Shown here: positions 11,001 through 19,943 of the stretch, piece by piece
Layout of the letters: every line of letters starts with the position of its first letter
How positions within the stretch are numbered: the stretch's first letter is position 1
Assembly: GCA_027078545.1 (NCBI GenBank)
Contig: JALWXN010000004.1
Span: forward strand, 288,001-352,000
Length of the DNA stretch: 64,000 nt
Direction: 5' to 3'
DNA from: Nitrososphaeria archaeon
Lineage (GTDB): Archaea; Thermoproteota; Nitrososphaeria; Geothermarchaeales; JDFR-13
Translations under genes and position numbers: made by a program
The notes under the pieces: generated by a model
Seen by the model: the letters and a program-made list of their open reading frames with translations, nothing else
What the model was told of the DNA's origin: nothing
Database searches by the model: none

Positions 11001-11920
11001 TAGAGATCGTGGATGCTAAGCAGAAGCCGTCGACGCCTAGGATGACGATCTACCTGGATGAGGAGCATAGGTATAGCCAGGAGAAGGCTGAGGAGATAGC
11101 TAATAAGATTAAGAGTACGAAGCTGAGGGATGTTGTCCTTGGCTATAGCATCGACCTGGCCAGTAGGAGGGTGGTGTTCAGGCTGGATATGGATGCCTTG
11201 GAGAAGGTTGGGTTGACTCCTAAGGATGTTAAGAGGGTCTTTAGCAGGAGGTACTCGACAGAGCTTAATGGTGACCTGCTCGCTGTGAAGCCGTCGATGA
11301 AGCTGAAGGAGGGTGAGGAGACGAATCTGGACATCATTGTTGAGAAGCTGAGGAAGGCTGCTGAGAGGTTCCTCGAGAGGCATATAGCTGGTGTCCAGGG
11401 TATTATGAGGGTCACGGTTGACCGTGTAGTTAATGAGGAGACTGGTGAGGAGGAGTGGGTGCTCTACACAGCTGGTAGTAATCTGAGGGAGGTCCTCACC
11501 TTCGAGGGTGTAGACCCGACTAGGACGGTTACGAACGATATATTCGAGATATATGAGGTCCTAGGTATAGAGGCTGCTAGGAACGCGATTATCAATGAGA
11601 TTAAGGCTGTTCTGGATGAGCAGGGTCTCGACATTGACTATAGGCATATCATGCTGGTGGCTGACCTGATGACTAGGGAGGGTGTGATTAAGCAGATGGG
11701 TAGGTACGGTGTCGTTGCTCTTAAGGAGAGTGTCCTGGCTAAGGCGGCCTTCGAGACTACTGTGCCTGTCCTAGTCAAGGCTGCCGTGAGGGGTGAGACC
11801 GACTATTTAAGGGGTCCGACCGAGAATATAATAGTTGGCTCTCGTGTACCCATAGGGACGGGTAGCGTCGATGTATACATAAGGGTGGGTAGCGATGGAG
11901 GAGACGGTAAGGAGGCTTGA
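8018..11920 (+). CDS. rpoA: RNA polymerase subunit A, fused A'+A'' (unsplit Rpo1)
   Basis: CPGHFGHI, catalytic NADFDGD, then AQSIGEPGTQMT and RHIMLVAD (A'' part) in one 1300-aa ORF. Confidence 0.98.
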   Translation: MSFGREIRRYEEQAHRYAISSIKFGVLSPQMIRSMSVVEITNESPRNELDEPMPGGVLDPRLGNPEPNSYCPTCGNDRDHCPGHFGHIDLALPVINVLFAEYIYLILKGVCLNCSHIKIDPKKKPKYIKRAWELRKNLPYMYDLFVKKIIKEASEAERCPNCGKENIKIVFEKPHKFFKVTKDGEHIELMPSEIRSVFENIPDEELILYGLYCEAGAQAYGAGRKADCIRPEWFILQALPVPPLTVRPSILHEGGERREDDLTHKLVDIVKVNSKIRKDKTAGSVAMALKNDYDVLQLHVITYFHNELPGIPPATHRGVKRLKTLVQRLSGKEGRFRNNLIGKRVNFSARTVISPDSNLDINEVGVPVDIAKILTVPEVVTPYNIDFLRQLVLNGADTHPGANYIYRQKTKSRHNLRYVTDRSFLANMLEVGDIVERHLMDGDIVLFNRQPSLHRMSMMGHIARILPYRTFRLHLTVCPPYNADFDGDEMNLHVPQNSEAQAEARSLMLVENQIISPRYGAPIIGFTKDYLTSSFLLTRDEKRLDKARLFNLLSIYDEIPKMDMVRNWDKMHSGRLLFSILLPKDFTYSLKSRLEEDVIIKEGVLVKGVIDKRSIGAEQADSVLHRLVREYGNRFGGDFITRFASVLDRYLLSRGFSIGIEDLKLPEEVVEEIKEIEREAHRKVEEVIRQYREGRLELIKGLSPEESLEQKIHEILADARTRAGLKALESLDKDNPLYVMVISGARGTDINVAQLTAMLGQQTIRGERISRGYGKRTLTVFKEGDIGTKARGFIGSNFYRGLNPVEFFFHAISGREGLMDTAVKTQESGYLYRRILYSMEHLQVDHDFTVRTSYGKIVQFVYGEDKVDPARSDHGKPVNVERLVDSISLLYPKGKYAGSKYIDEILSKVKDEIPPSLYEELRTVLMRKRANKEVVREAVRQAVLNYRSSTIDPNTAIGVITAQSIGEPGTQMTLRTFHYAGVKEKNVTIGLPRIIEIVDAKQKPSTPRMTIYLDEEHRYSQEKAEEIANKIKSTKLRDVVLGYSIDLASRRVVFRLDMDALEKVGLTPKDVKRVFSRRYSTELNGDLLAVKPSMKLKEGEETNLDIIVEKLRKAAERFLERHIAGVQGIMRVTVDRVVNEETGEEEWVLYTAGSNLREVLTFEGVDPTRTVTNDIFEIYEVLGIEAARNAIINEIKAVLDEQGLDIDYRHIMLVADLMTREGVIKQMGRYGVVALKESVLAKAAFETTVPVLVKAAVRGETDYLRGPTENIIVGSRVPIGTGSVDVYIRVGSDGGDGKEA

Positions 11921-12224
11921 GGCGGCCCTACCAGTGGTTGCCAAGACTGGGAAGATCCTCTTTGGGAGGAATAATGTGTTATGGGCGCTTAGGAACGAGG
12001 CTGATAAGATAAAGGTCATACTGGTGGCTAGGAATCCTCCGCCAGGCCTCCTAGAGGAGATAGGGCCTATGGCGGAGGAGAAGGGTGTCCCGCTTCTCAG
12101 GAGTAGGAGGACTAATCTTGAGCTCGGGGCTCTATGTGGGAGGCCCCACTCCGTATCGGTTGTGGCTATCTATGACTTTGGGAGTGCCCCGATAGAAGAG
12201 GAGACATTGTATGCCAAGCAGTGA
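11895..12224 (+). CDS. rpl30e: 50S ribosomal protein L30e
   Basis: KTGKILFG, ELGALCGRPH.VS; conserved position after rpoA. Confidence 0.93.
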   Translation: MEETVRRLEAALPVVAKTGKILFGRNNVLWALRNEADKIKVILVARNPPPGLLEEIGPMAEEKGVPLLRSRRTNLELGALCGRPHSVSVVAIYDFGSAPIEEETLYAKQ

Positions 12225-12705
12225 GGGCCTTAGCTTTACAAATGATGAGCTCGCCTTGATGAGCCTCTTCCACGGCATTACTGGTGAGAATCCCCTTGCC
12301 TGTAAGATCATCGAGGACTATGTATACTTCATCATTACTGAGGAGGCTCTCTACCGTATCATGGCCGACCCTGTGATGAGAGGGGAGCTACGTCGCAGGA
12401 TAGGTGGGAGGTTCACTAGGAGTAGGGTGTTGAGGGCCCTATCCTCCATTCTGACCGAGAATATAGGTTCCCCCACCTATGTAGCCGTCTATTACGATGA
12501 TCCTATAGAGTTTCTCAAAACCTTCTTCGGCCTGGACAGCTCCGCGAGGGTGGAGCTTAGGAATAGTGGTGGTAGGACCGTGGTGAACATATACGTCTCC
12601 CCAGAGAAGAAGGGGATCGTCATAGGTAGGAATGGTATCCGTGCCAGGGCTGGTAGGTTCTTCGGGAAGGCGCTCTACAACATCGACCAAATAAATATCA
12701 GGTAG
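12211..12705 (+). CDS. nusA: Archaeal NusA-like KH protein (divergent)
   Basis: Lies between L30e and S12; C-terminal KH motif KKGIVIGRNG. Confidence 0.8.
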   Translation: MPSSEGLSFTNDELALMSLFHGITGENPLACKIIEDYVYFIITEEALYRIMADPVMRGELRRRIGGRFTRSRVLRALSSILTENIGSPTYVAVYYDDPIEFLKTFFGLDSSARVELRNSGGRTVVNIYVSPEKKGIVIGRNGIRARAGRFFGKALYNIDQINIR

Positions 12706-12738
12706 GCCCGTCATAACGATTTTAGGTGGTGTTGGGGA

Positions 12739-13179
12739 ATGGGTAGGAAGAGCCCGAAGGGCATGTTCGCGGCTAGGAAGCTAGTTATGAAGAGGAAGAA
12801 GTTTAGGTGGAGTGACATCAAGTATAGGAGGCGGATGATGCGGCTCGATGAGAAGGCGGATCCACTTGAAGGAGCCCCGATGGCCCGTGGAATAGTTATT
12901 GAGAAGGTGGGTGTGGAGGCTAAGCAGCCTAACTCGGCTCTCAGGAAGTGTGTACGTGTCCAGCTCATCAAGAATGGTAAGCAGGTCACAGCCTTCCTAC
13001 CTGGGGACGGTGCCCTCAACGTTGTTGATGAGCATGACGAGGTTATGATAGAGGGTATAGGCGGCTCCCAGGGGAGGGCGATGGGTGATATACCAGGTGT
13101 TAGGTATAGGGTCTTCCTCGTCAATGGTGTCCCGCTAGACCTCCTAGTCAGGGGTAAGATTAAGAAGCCTAAGAGGTGA
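12739..13179 (+). CDS. rps12: 30S ribosomal protein S12
   Basis: [20 protein letters not shown]. Confidence 0.99.
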   Translation: MGRKSPKGMFAARKLVMKRKKFRWSDIKYRRRMMRLDEKADPLEGAPMARGIVIEKVGVEAKQPNSALRKCVRVQLIKNGKQVTAFLPGDGALNVVDEHDEVMIEGIGGSQGRAMGDIPGVRYRVFLVNGVPLDLLVRGKIKKPKR

Positions 13180-13183
13180 TCCT

Positions 13184-13765
13184 ATGGCGTCTAAGCAGCA
13201 GGTTGGGCTTAAGCTATTCGGCCGATACTCCTTCAAGGATGTGGAGGTTAGGGATATCAGTCTGAAGGACTATATCTCGTTGAAGCCTGTCCTCCTGCCC
13301 TGGAGTGGGGGGAGGCATGAGAAGAGGAAGTTTGAGAAGGCGAAGGTAAACATTGTTGAGAGGCTGGTTAACAAGCTTATGCGACCTGGGAAGATGGGTG
13401 GTAAGAAGCAGAAGGCGATCAAGATTGTAGAGGCGGCTTTCAGGATTATTGAGCTTGAGACTGGTGACAACCCTATACAGCTCCTGGTATATGCGATTGA
13501 GAATGCTGGTCCCTGTGAGGATGTAACGACGATTGCCTATGGTGGTGCGGCCTACACGGTCAGTGTAGATGTATCACCTCTGAGGAGGATCGATGTTGCC
13601 CTGAGGAACATTGTTATCGGGGCTAAGAACGCCGCGAGGAATAGTAGGATGAGTATTGAGGAGGCCCTCGCGAGGGAGATCATACTGGCGGCTAGGAACG
13701 ACCTTGGCAGCTACGCCATATCTAAGAGGGTTGAGATCGAGAGGATAGCGATGGCCAGCCGCTAG
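13184..13765 (+). CDS. rps7: 30S ribosomal protein S7
   Basis: IVERL.N.LM, VDVSPLRR.D.ALR, ERIAMASR. Confidence 0.98.
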   Translation: MASKQQVGLKLFGRYSFKDVEVRDISLKDYISLKPVLLPWSGGRHEKRKFEKAKVNIVERLVNKLMRPGKMGGKKQKAIKIVEAAFRIIELETGDNPIQLLVYAIENAGPCEDVTTIAYGGAAYTVSVDVSPLRRIDVALRNIVIGAKNAARNSRMSIEEALAREIILAARNDLGSYAISKRVEIERIAMASR

Positions 13766-13848
13766 CCTGGCTGGCGTGGTTTATAAATCCCATGCCTAAA
13801 TGCTTTATATATACCATCTCTGGAATTGATTGGAGATAGGTGAGAGCT

Positions 13849-15165
13849 ATGGCCAAGAAGAAGGAGCATATGAACCTGATAGCGATCGGCCATGTTGACC
13901 ATGGGAAGTCTACGCTGATGGGTCGCCTGCTATATGAGGCTGGTGTGATCGACCAGAGGCTTATCCAGCAGTATGAGGAGGAGGCTAAGAAGCTGGGTAA
14001 GGAGACATTCAAGTTCGCCTGGGTTATGGATAAGTTGAAGGAGGAGAGGGAGAGGGGTCTCACTATTGATCTCTCGTTCTATAAGTTCGAGACCCCCAAG
14101 TATGAGTTCACCCTTATCGACGCCCCCGGCCATAGGGACTTTATCAAGAATATGATTACGGGGGCTAGTGAGGCGGATGCAGCTATTCTCGTCGTCTCCG
14201 CACGTCCAGGTGAGTTCGAGGCTGGTATCTCTCCTGGTGGCCAGACTAGGGAGCATGCAAGCCTGGCTAAGATCCTAGGTATAAACCAGCTAGTAGTGGC
14301 TATCAACAAGATGGATGATCCCGGTGTGAACTGGAGTAAGGAGAGGTATGAGGAGATTAAGAACGAGATTGCTAGGCTCCTAAAGACCCTTGGCTACGAT
14401 GTGAGTAAGATCAGGTTTGTACCTGTCTCGGCCTGGACCGGTGATAATGTCCTTAAGAAGTCTGACAAGATGCCTTGGTACGACGGGCCTACGCTGATCG
14501 AGGCTCTAGACGAGTTCGTGCCTCCGCCTAAGCCTATCGACAAGCCTCTCCGCCTACCGATACAGGATGTATACTCGATCACTGGTGTGGGTACGGTCCC
14601 AGTTGGTAGGATAGAGACTGGTAGGATGAGGGTTGGTGACCGCGTCGTCTTCATGCCGCCAGGCCTTGTCGGTGATGTGAAGTCTATCGAGATGCATCAC
14701 CAGCCTCTGGAGGAGGCTGTCGCGGGTGACAATATAGGCTTCAACGTGAAGGGCGTCTCCAAGAAGGATATTAGGAGGGGTGACGTCGTAGGCCATGTAG
14801 ATAATCCTCCGACGGTTGCTGAGGAGTTCATAGCACAGATCTTCGTGATCTATCACCCGACAGCCATAGGAGTTGGCTATACACCAGTGATGCATGTGCA
14901 TACTGCCCAGGTGGCCGTAACTTTCATAGAGCTTCTGAAGAAGCTGGATAGGAGGACTGGCCAGGTTGTGGAGGAGAACCCGAGCTTCCTCAAGACTGGT
15001 GACGTCGCCATAGTGAAGCTGAAGCCTCTGAGGCCAGTGTCACTGGAGGAGTTCCAGCAGTTCCCAGAGCTGGGTAGGTTCGCAATCAGGGATATGGGTC
15101 AGACCATAGCTGCTGGTGTGGTCAAGGAGATTACTAAGAAGGCTGAGGTCAAGATTAAGGGTTAG
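13849..15165 (+). CDS. tuf: Elongation factor 1-alpha
   Basis: [30 protein letters not shown]. Confidence 0.99.
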   Translation: MAKKKEHMNLIAIGHVDHGKSTLMGRLLYEAGVIDQRLIQQYEEEAKKLGKETFKFAWVMDKLKEERERGLTIDLSFYKFETPKYEFTLIDAPGHRDFIKNMITGASEADAAILVVSARPGEFEAGISPGGQTREHASLAKILGINQLVVAINKMDDPGVNWSKERYEEIKNEIARLLKTLGYDVSKIRFVPVSAWTGDNVLKKSDKMPWYDGPTLIEALDEFVPPPKPIDKPLRLPIQDVYSITGVGTVPVGRIETGRMRVGDRVVFMPPGLVGDVKSIEMHHQPLEEAVAGDNIGFNVKGVSKKDIRRGDVVGHVDNPPTVAEEFIAQIFVIYHPTAIGVGYTPVMHVHTAQVAVTFIELLKKLDRRTGQVVEENPSFLKTGDVAIVKLKPLRPVSLEEFQQFPELGRFAIRDMGQTIAAGVVKEITKKAEVKIKG

Positions 15166-15210
15166 TAGTTTTATATCCCTCCCCCATCCAACTATTTTTC
15201 CTGACTCGAG

Positions 15211-15525
15211 ATGATCAGGGGAACGAAGACTAGGATAATTGTATATGGAACTGACCATAAGGCCCTGGACAGTTTTATGGAGGAGGTTAGGGCCATAGCT
15301 GAGAAGACGGGTGCGAAGTATTCTGGCCCTGTATACCTTCCTACTAAGAGGGTTGTCGTCCCTACTAGGAAGAGTCCCTGTGGACAGGGGAGTGAGACGT
15401 GGGACAAGTTTGAGCTTCGTATTCATAAGAGGCTTATCGATATTGAGCAGAACGAGAACACTATGAGGCATCTCATTAGGCTAAGGGTTCCTGACAACGT
15501 CTTTATCGAGGTAAGGCTTACATAG
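15211..15525 (+). CDS. rps10: 30S ribosomal protein S10
   Basis: GPVYLPTK, RKSPCG.GS.TW, HKRLID. Confidence 0.97.
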   Translation: MIRGTKTRIIVYGTDHKALDSFMEEVRAIAEKTGAKYSGPVYLPTKRVVVPTRKSPCGQGSETWDKFELRIHKRLIDIEQNENTMRHLIRLRVPDNVFIEVRLT

Positions 15526-15533
15526 CTACAATT

Positions 15534-15962
15534 CTATATGTCCAAGACATACTCGATCACGTATCTATCCCCCTCCATATCAATCCTCATCTCATGGTAG
15601 GTCATAGCCTTTACATGTATCTTTGGTTCATGCTTGTTTAGGTTGAGGTCTTCGCCCCACATCTCGGCGTGGAGGACGTATCTACCATCCTCTCTATGAA
15701 TCCTAGTCTTGAAGCGTGAGTAGATCTTACCTTCTGAGTCGAGCCTCACTATCAGCTCCTCAATGAAGTTGTAGAGAAGCTCCTCTAGGTCGTCTCCATA
15801 GACGGTCAGCTCATCCTTCTTCTGTGGAGTGACGGTATTAATATCTACCGTGGTGTCTGTGAAGGCCTCCGCGGCCTTCTCGAAGGCCTCCTCCAACGTT
15901 TTTCCCCAGGCCCTAATCTTTATGTCAGCAGTGTGTGACAGGAATTCATATCCATTCATCAA
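15534..15962 (-). CDS. Archease
   Basis: HTAD at N-terminus, VKAMTYH and final DI. Confidence 0.93.
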   Translation of the reverse strand: MMNGYEFLSHTADIKIRAWGKTLEEAFEKAAEAFTDTTVDINTVTPQKKDELTVYGDDLEELLYNFIEELIVRLDSEGKIYSRFKTRIHREDGRYVLHAEMWGEDLNLNKHEPKIHVKAMTYHEMRIDMEGDRYVIEYVLDI

Positions 15963-16062
15963 CTTTCACCACAATTCATACTTTATCCATGGTTCACATG
16001 ATATATGAGTAGGCCGTCTGTAGAGGGAATCATATAAAGACGTGCCAATACAGCGTACATAT

Positions 16063-16088
16063 TTTTTAATACCGGTGAAAATATTTTC
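16063..16088 (+). promoter_or_regulatory. Putative TATA box and palindromic operator of the oxidase operon
   Basis: TTTTTAAT (16063-16070) followed by ACCGGT and the perfect palindrome GAAAATATTTTC (16077-16088). Confidence 0.4.
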
Positions 16089-16106
16089 TAACATAACCAA
16101 ATTCAA

Positions 16107-16745
16107 GTGGATTCACGTGTGGTGGTAATCGTGACCCACGGGATAGTGCTCCAGATACCCGGGGAACCAGCTGGGACATGGTACTCACTATTCAACTTGT
16201 ACTTCAGTCTGGGACTGCTAGTAGGCTCAGTAGTAATAGGGATGTTGTTGTATTTCGTCTGGAAGTACAGAGAGTCAGTATCAAACGAGAGTGACGACAT
16301 AAAGCCAGGGGTAGTGCCTGGAGAACGGAGTAACATGAAGCTCATAGTAGTATTCTTTGGGCTAACATCGATCATACTCTTCACACTAGCGTCATACTCC
16401 ATCTTAGTGACTAACTATGTGGAGAAGGTTCCCAAGGCAGACGACATATTCGAGGTAACGGTGCAGGGTTTCCAGTGGGGTTGGCGCTTCATATACCCCA
16501 ATGGAACGGAGGTCGTTGGTGAGGTTGTGGTTCCAAAGGATAAGATCGTCGTCTTCAGAATAACCAGCATGGATGTTTTCCATAAGTTCCAACTTATTGA
16601 GTTTAGAACAGGTGCAGACGCTCTTCCAGGAGCCTTTAACGTGATATGGATAAAGCCTACTGAGGCCGGCACATACACCATACAGTGCTATGAGCTCTGT
16701 GGAATTGGGCATTCCTTGATGGTCGCTACTCTGAGGGTCGTGTGA
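16107..16745 (+). CDS. coxB: Heme-copper oxidase subunit II (CuA)
   Basis: Two TM helices, GFQWGWRF, DVFH and CYELCGIGHSLM CuA ligands. The true start may be a few codons downstream. Confidence 0.95.
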   Translation: MDSRVVVIVTHGIVLQIPGEPAGTWYSLFNLYFSLGLLVGSVVIGMLLYFVWKYRESVSNESDDIKPGVVPGERSNMKLIVVFFGLTSIILFTLASYSILVTNYVEKVPKADDIFEVTVQGFQWGWRFIYPNGTEVVGEVVVPKDKIVVFRITSMDVFHKFQLIEFRTGADALPGAFNVIWIKPTEAGTYTIQCYELCGIGHSLMVATLRVV

Positions 16746-16762
16746 AGTGGGGGTGAGTATAA

Positions 16763-19096
16763 GTGGAGAACAAGAGTGGATTGATGAGATGGCTAACAAC
16801 TACGAATCATAAGGACATAGGGCTTCTATACTTAGTAACTTCGCTATACTTCCTAATGGTAGGAGGTACATTGGCTCTAACCTTCAGGCTACAACTAGCC
16901 TTCCCCCAAGCGGAGATTCTCAGCGCATCTGCCTTTAACCAAGCAATAACTATGCACGGACTTATAATGGTGCTATGGGCAATCTCTCCCTTCGCCTTCG
17001 CCTTCGCCAACTATATAGTGCCGATCCAGATTGGAGCTAGGGACATGGCGTTCCCTAGGCTTAACGCGCTTAGCTACTGGCTCTACTTATTTAGTGGCCT
17101 CCTAGCAGCATTATCGTTCTTCCTACCGGGTGGGGCCCCTGATGTAGGGTGGACCTACTACGTGCCATTGTCAACTCCCAAGTTTACCCCTCAGCCAGGT
17201 GTCACAGTCGCAGCTTTGGCATTAGCAATGCTGGTCGCTTCTGTGACCGTTGGTACGATAAACTTCATTGTTACGATTGCAACCTTGAGGGCACCGGGAA
17301 TGGGCTGGTCTAAACTACCCATGTTTACTTGGGGGATACTTTACACAGTGTTGCTTATGTTGTTCGCATTTGGGCCAGTGGCTGCAGGTTTCTTCCTACT
17401 AGCTATAGATAGAGTGTTTGGCACAGCATTCTTCACCTCTCCGGAAGGAGGAGCCATACTATGGACGCACATGTTCTGGTTCTTTGGCCATCCCGAGGTC
17501 TACATTGTACTCGCTCCTGCTATCGGTGTTGTTGGTGATGTGATAGAGACCTTTACCAGGAAGCCTCTCTTTGGAAGGAAGTACATACTGATTGCTTTCG
17601 GAATAGCCAGCTTCATCAGCTTCATAGTATACGTTCACCACATGTTTGCTACAGGAATCAACCCCATAATTAGAGAAGTGATGAGCATAACTACGGAGTC
17701 GATATCAGTCCCATTCGGCGTAATAATGCTGTCATTCATATTCTCGTTCTACAAGGCTAGGGTGAGGATCAGGACACCTCTGCTCTTCGCGATAGGATCC
17801 ATAGTACTATTCATTGTTGGAGGCATAACGGGTGTGTTCAACTCCTCAATAGCTCTAGACAGGTTTATCCGTGGCACCTACTGGGTAGTTGCTCACTTCC
17901 ACTACGCGATGGTCGGTGCGACACTCTTTGGACTTCTAGCAGCGATGTACTACTGGTATCCAAAGATAACTGGCAAGATGTACGATGAAAAGCTAGGTAA
18001 GATACACTTCGCCATAGCGTTCATCGGCTTTAACCTACTATACTTCCCAATGTTCGTTATCTACGAGATGCCTAGGAGAGTAAACACCTACTTCGTAGAG
18101 GAATGGATACCGATGAACCAGTTAGCGACACTAGGAGGTTATGTCTTCGGACTTTCATTCCTAATAATGGTCTACAACCTTCTAAAGAGCCTCAAAACAG
18201 GGCCACCAGCTGGTAATAACCCGTGGGGTGCCTGGACTCTAGAGTGGATGACAACCTCTCCCCCACCGCCACATAACTTCGACTTCGAGCCCATGATAAG
18301 TGGTAATCAGATCACCTTCTACACCAACGGAGGTGTGCCACATAAGCACATCGAGTATCACACCATGATGCCGATGTTGCTGTCTGTCTCACTGATGTTA
18401 TCGTTCTTCGGTCTTATGATGTATACACCACTGTTCATTATCGGTGCTGCGATGCTAGCAGCGGTATTGACCAAGTGGCTCATCGATGACATCTACGACA
18501 GATTCGTCATACCAGAGCCAGAAAACACTATGAAGTGGCCATTCGACCATATGAATAGGCTGAAGTTCGGTGTATGGATACTGGTAATTAGCGAGGCTAT
18601 GCTATTCGCAGCTCTATTCGGTGCATATAGCTTGCTTAGAATCAACCTGATAGGTGAATGGCCGTATGGACCAGCGGTTCACGATGTTAGGCTGGGCGGT
18701 GTCAACACAATAATCCTACTGACAAGTAGCCTAACGGTAGTACTTGCAGTCGCATATGCTAAGATGGGTGACCAGCGTAAGATGCTGTACTCACTTGGAG
18801 CGACCTATGTCTTAGGCCTAATATTCCTCGGCCTAAAGGGCTATGAGTGGATGAAGCTTTATGACGAGGGCTTCACACTGACTAGTGATCTCCCATCATC
18901 GCTATACTATGTCATGACGGGCACTCACGCAGCGCATATGATCGCGGGCATGATAGCGCTGTCATACATCATTGTGAAGGCATTGAGAGGAGTGTACAAT
19001 GAAAAGAACTATGACGGTGTAGAGGCGTTCGGAATCTATTGGCACTTCGTTGACATTGTCTGGATATTCCTATTTGCGATCTTCTACTTGATGTGA
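16763..19096 (+). CDS. coxA: Heme-copper oxidase subunit I fused to subunit III (A1-like)
   Basis: NHKDIG, WFFGHPEVY, HHMF, VAHFHY, MPRR; C-terminal subunit III motifs ISEAMLF, TGTHAAH, YWHFVD.VW. Confidence 0.96.
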   Translation: MENKSGLMRWLTTTNHKDIGLLYLVTSLYFLMVGGTLALTFRLQLAFPQAEILSASAFNQAITMHGLIMVLWAISPFAFAFANYIVPIQIGARDMAFPRLNALSYWLYLFSGLLAALSFFLPGGAPDVGWTYYVPLSTPKFTPQPGVTVAALALAMLVASVTVGTINFIVTIATLRAPGMGWSKLPMFTWGILYTVLLMLFAFGPVAAGFFLLAIDRVFGTAFFTSPEGGAILWTHMFWFFGHPEVYIVLAPAIGVVGDVIETFTRKPLFGRKYILIAFGIASFISFIVYVHHMFATGINPIIREVMSITTESISVPFGVIMLSFIFSFYKARVRIRTPLLFAIGSIVLFIVGGITGVFNSSIALDRFIRGTYWVVAHFHYAMVGATLFGLLAAMYYWYPKITGKMYDEKLGKIHFAIAFIGFNLLYFPMFVIYEMPRRVNTYFVEEWIPMNQLATLGGYVFGLSFLIMVYNLLKSLKTGPPAGNNPWGAWTLEWMTTSPPPPHNFDFEPMISGNQITFYTNGGVPHKHIEYHTMMPMLLSVSLMLSFFGLMMYTPLFIIGAAMLAAVLTKWLIDDIYDRFVIPEPENTMKWPFDHMNRLKFGVWILVISEAMLFAALFGAYSLLRINLIGEWPYGPAVHDVRLGGVNTIILLTSSLTVVLAVAYAKMGDQRKMLYSLGATYVLGLIFLGLKGYEWMKLYDEGFTLTSDLPSSLYYVMTGTHAAHMIAGMIALSYIIVKALRGVYNEKNYDGVEAFGIYWHFVDIVWIFLFAIFYLM

Positions 19097-19097
19097 G

Positions 19098-19391
19098 GTG
19101 AGAATGATGGCGAAGGAGCCAATAAACCTATATGTTGGTGTTTGGGGGCTGCTGGTAGGGCTCACGATACTTGAGATATTCATGGTACTGGTGGAGATGC
19201 CGATCATACTGCTAATAACAGGTGTGCTACTCCTAGCAGGTGTGAAGGCGGGATTCGTAGCACTATTCTACCAGCACCTAAAATGGGACGACGTAGCAAT
19301 ATCATGGTTCTACCTAATGGCCCTATTCTTTGCACTATTCATCGTAATGGTCTGGACAGGTGGATCGGCGGTCTGCCAGGTGGAAATATGA
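19098..19391 (+). CDS. Oxidase subunit IV family protein
   Basis: Three TM helices; LT..E and KAGFVALFYQHLKWD motif. Confidence 0.85.
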   Translation: MRMMAKEPINLYVGVWGLLVGLTILEIFMVLVEMPIILLITGVLLLAGVKAGFVALFYQHLKWDDVAISWFYLMALFFALFIVMVWTGGSAVCQVEI

Positions 19392-19870
19392 GGGGGGTCA
19401 TCATCACACTAGTAGCAATAGCTCTAATCATCGATCTAGCGATAATAGCGGTATTGGTATTCGATCTCCAACCACCACTCCGCGGAGGTGCAACCGTCAC
19501 AATAACCCCAGACTATGAGATAACGGTCTATGGAGGGGAGACCAACATAAATGGTCAAGTGGCGTACGCATATGGACTATCCCCCGACAACCTTACAGTA
19601 CCAGGCCCCTCATTCGAGTTTAAACGTGGCGATGTTGTAGGCTTCACTTTTGTGAATGTGGGGAACCTCCCACATACATTCTCATTAGTCCCCAGAGTTG
19701 ACCCTGCCAATCCAGAGATTATCGACGACTATGATACGGGACAGATTGAAGGAGGTGGTCAGGGGAGAGTTGTTGTACAGTTCAATCAGGTGGGTACACT
19801 GAACTATCAATGTGTGGTGCCAGGTCACGCTGCTCTGGGGATGTGGGGGAATATAACGGTAACTGAGTAG
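19388..19870 (+). CDS. Membrane-anchored blue copper protein (sulfocyanin/rusticyanin-like cupredoxin)
   Basis: N-terminal TM; type-1 Cu ligands PHTF...YQCVVPGHAALGM. Start ATG 19388 overlaps the subunit IV stop. Confidence 0.88.
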   Translation: MRGVIITLVAIALIIDLAIIAVLVFDLQPPLRGGATVTITPDYEITVYGGETNINGQVAYAYGLSPDNLTVPGPSFEFKRGDVVGFTFVNVGNLPHTFSLVPRVDPANPEIIDDYDTGQIEGGGQGRVVVQFNQVGTLNYQCVVPGHAALGMWGNITVTE

Positions 19871-19943
19871 TATTAACCAGTAAATACAGTAACATATCCC
19901 AACATCTTTTTATTCCTATACTGACTCTGGTGAGGGGAGAGCC

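Noticed and set aside
5068-11415. Long antisense ORFs inside rpoB/rpoA (e.g. 8477-9439, 320 aa)
   Set aside because: Antisense shadows caused by codon bias; no motifs.
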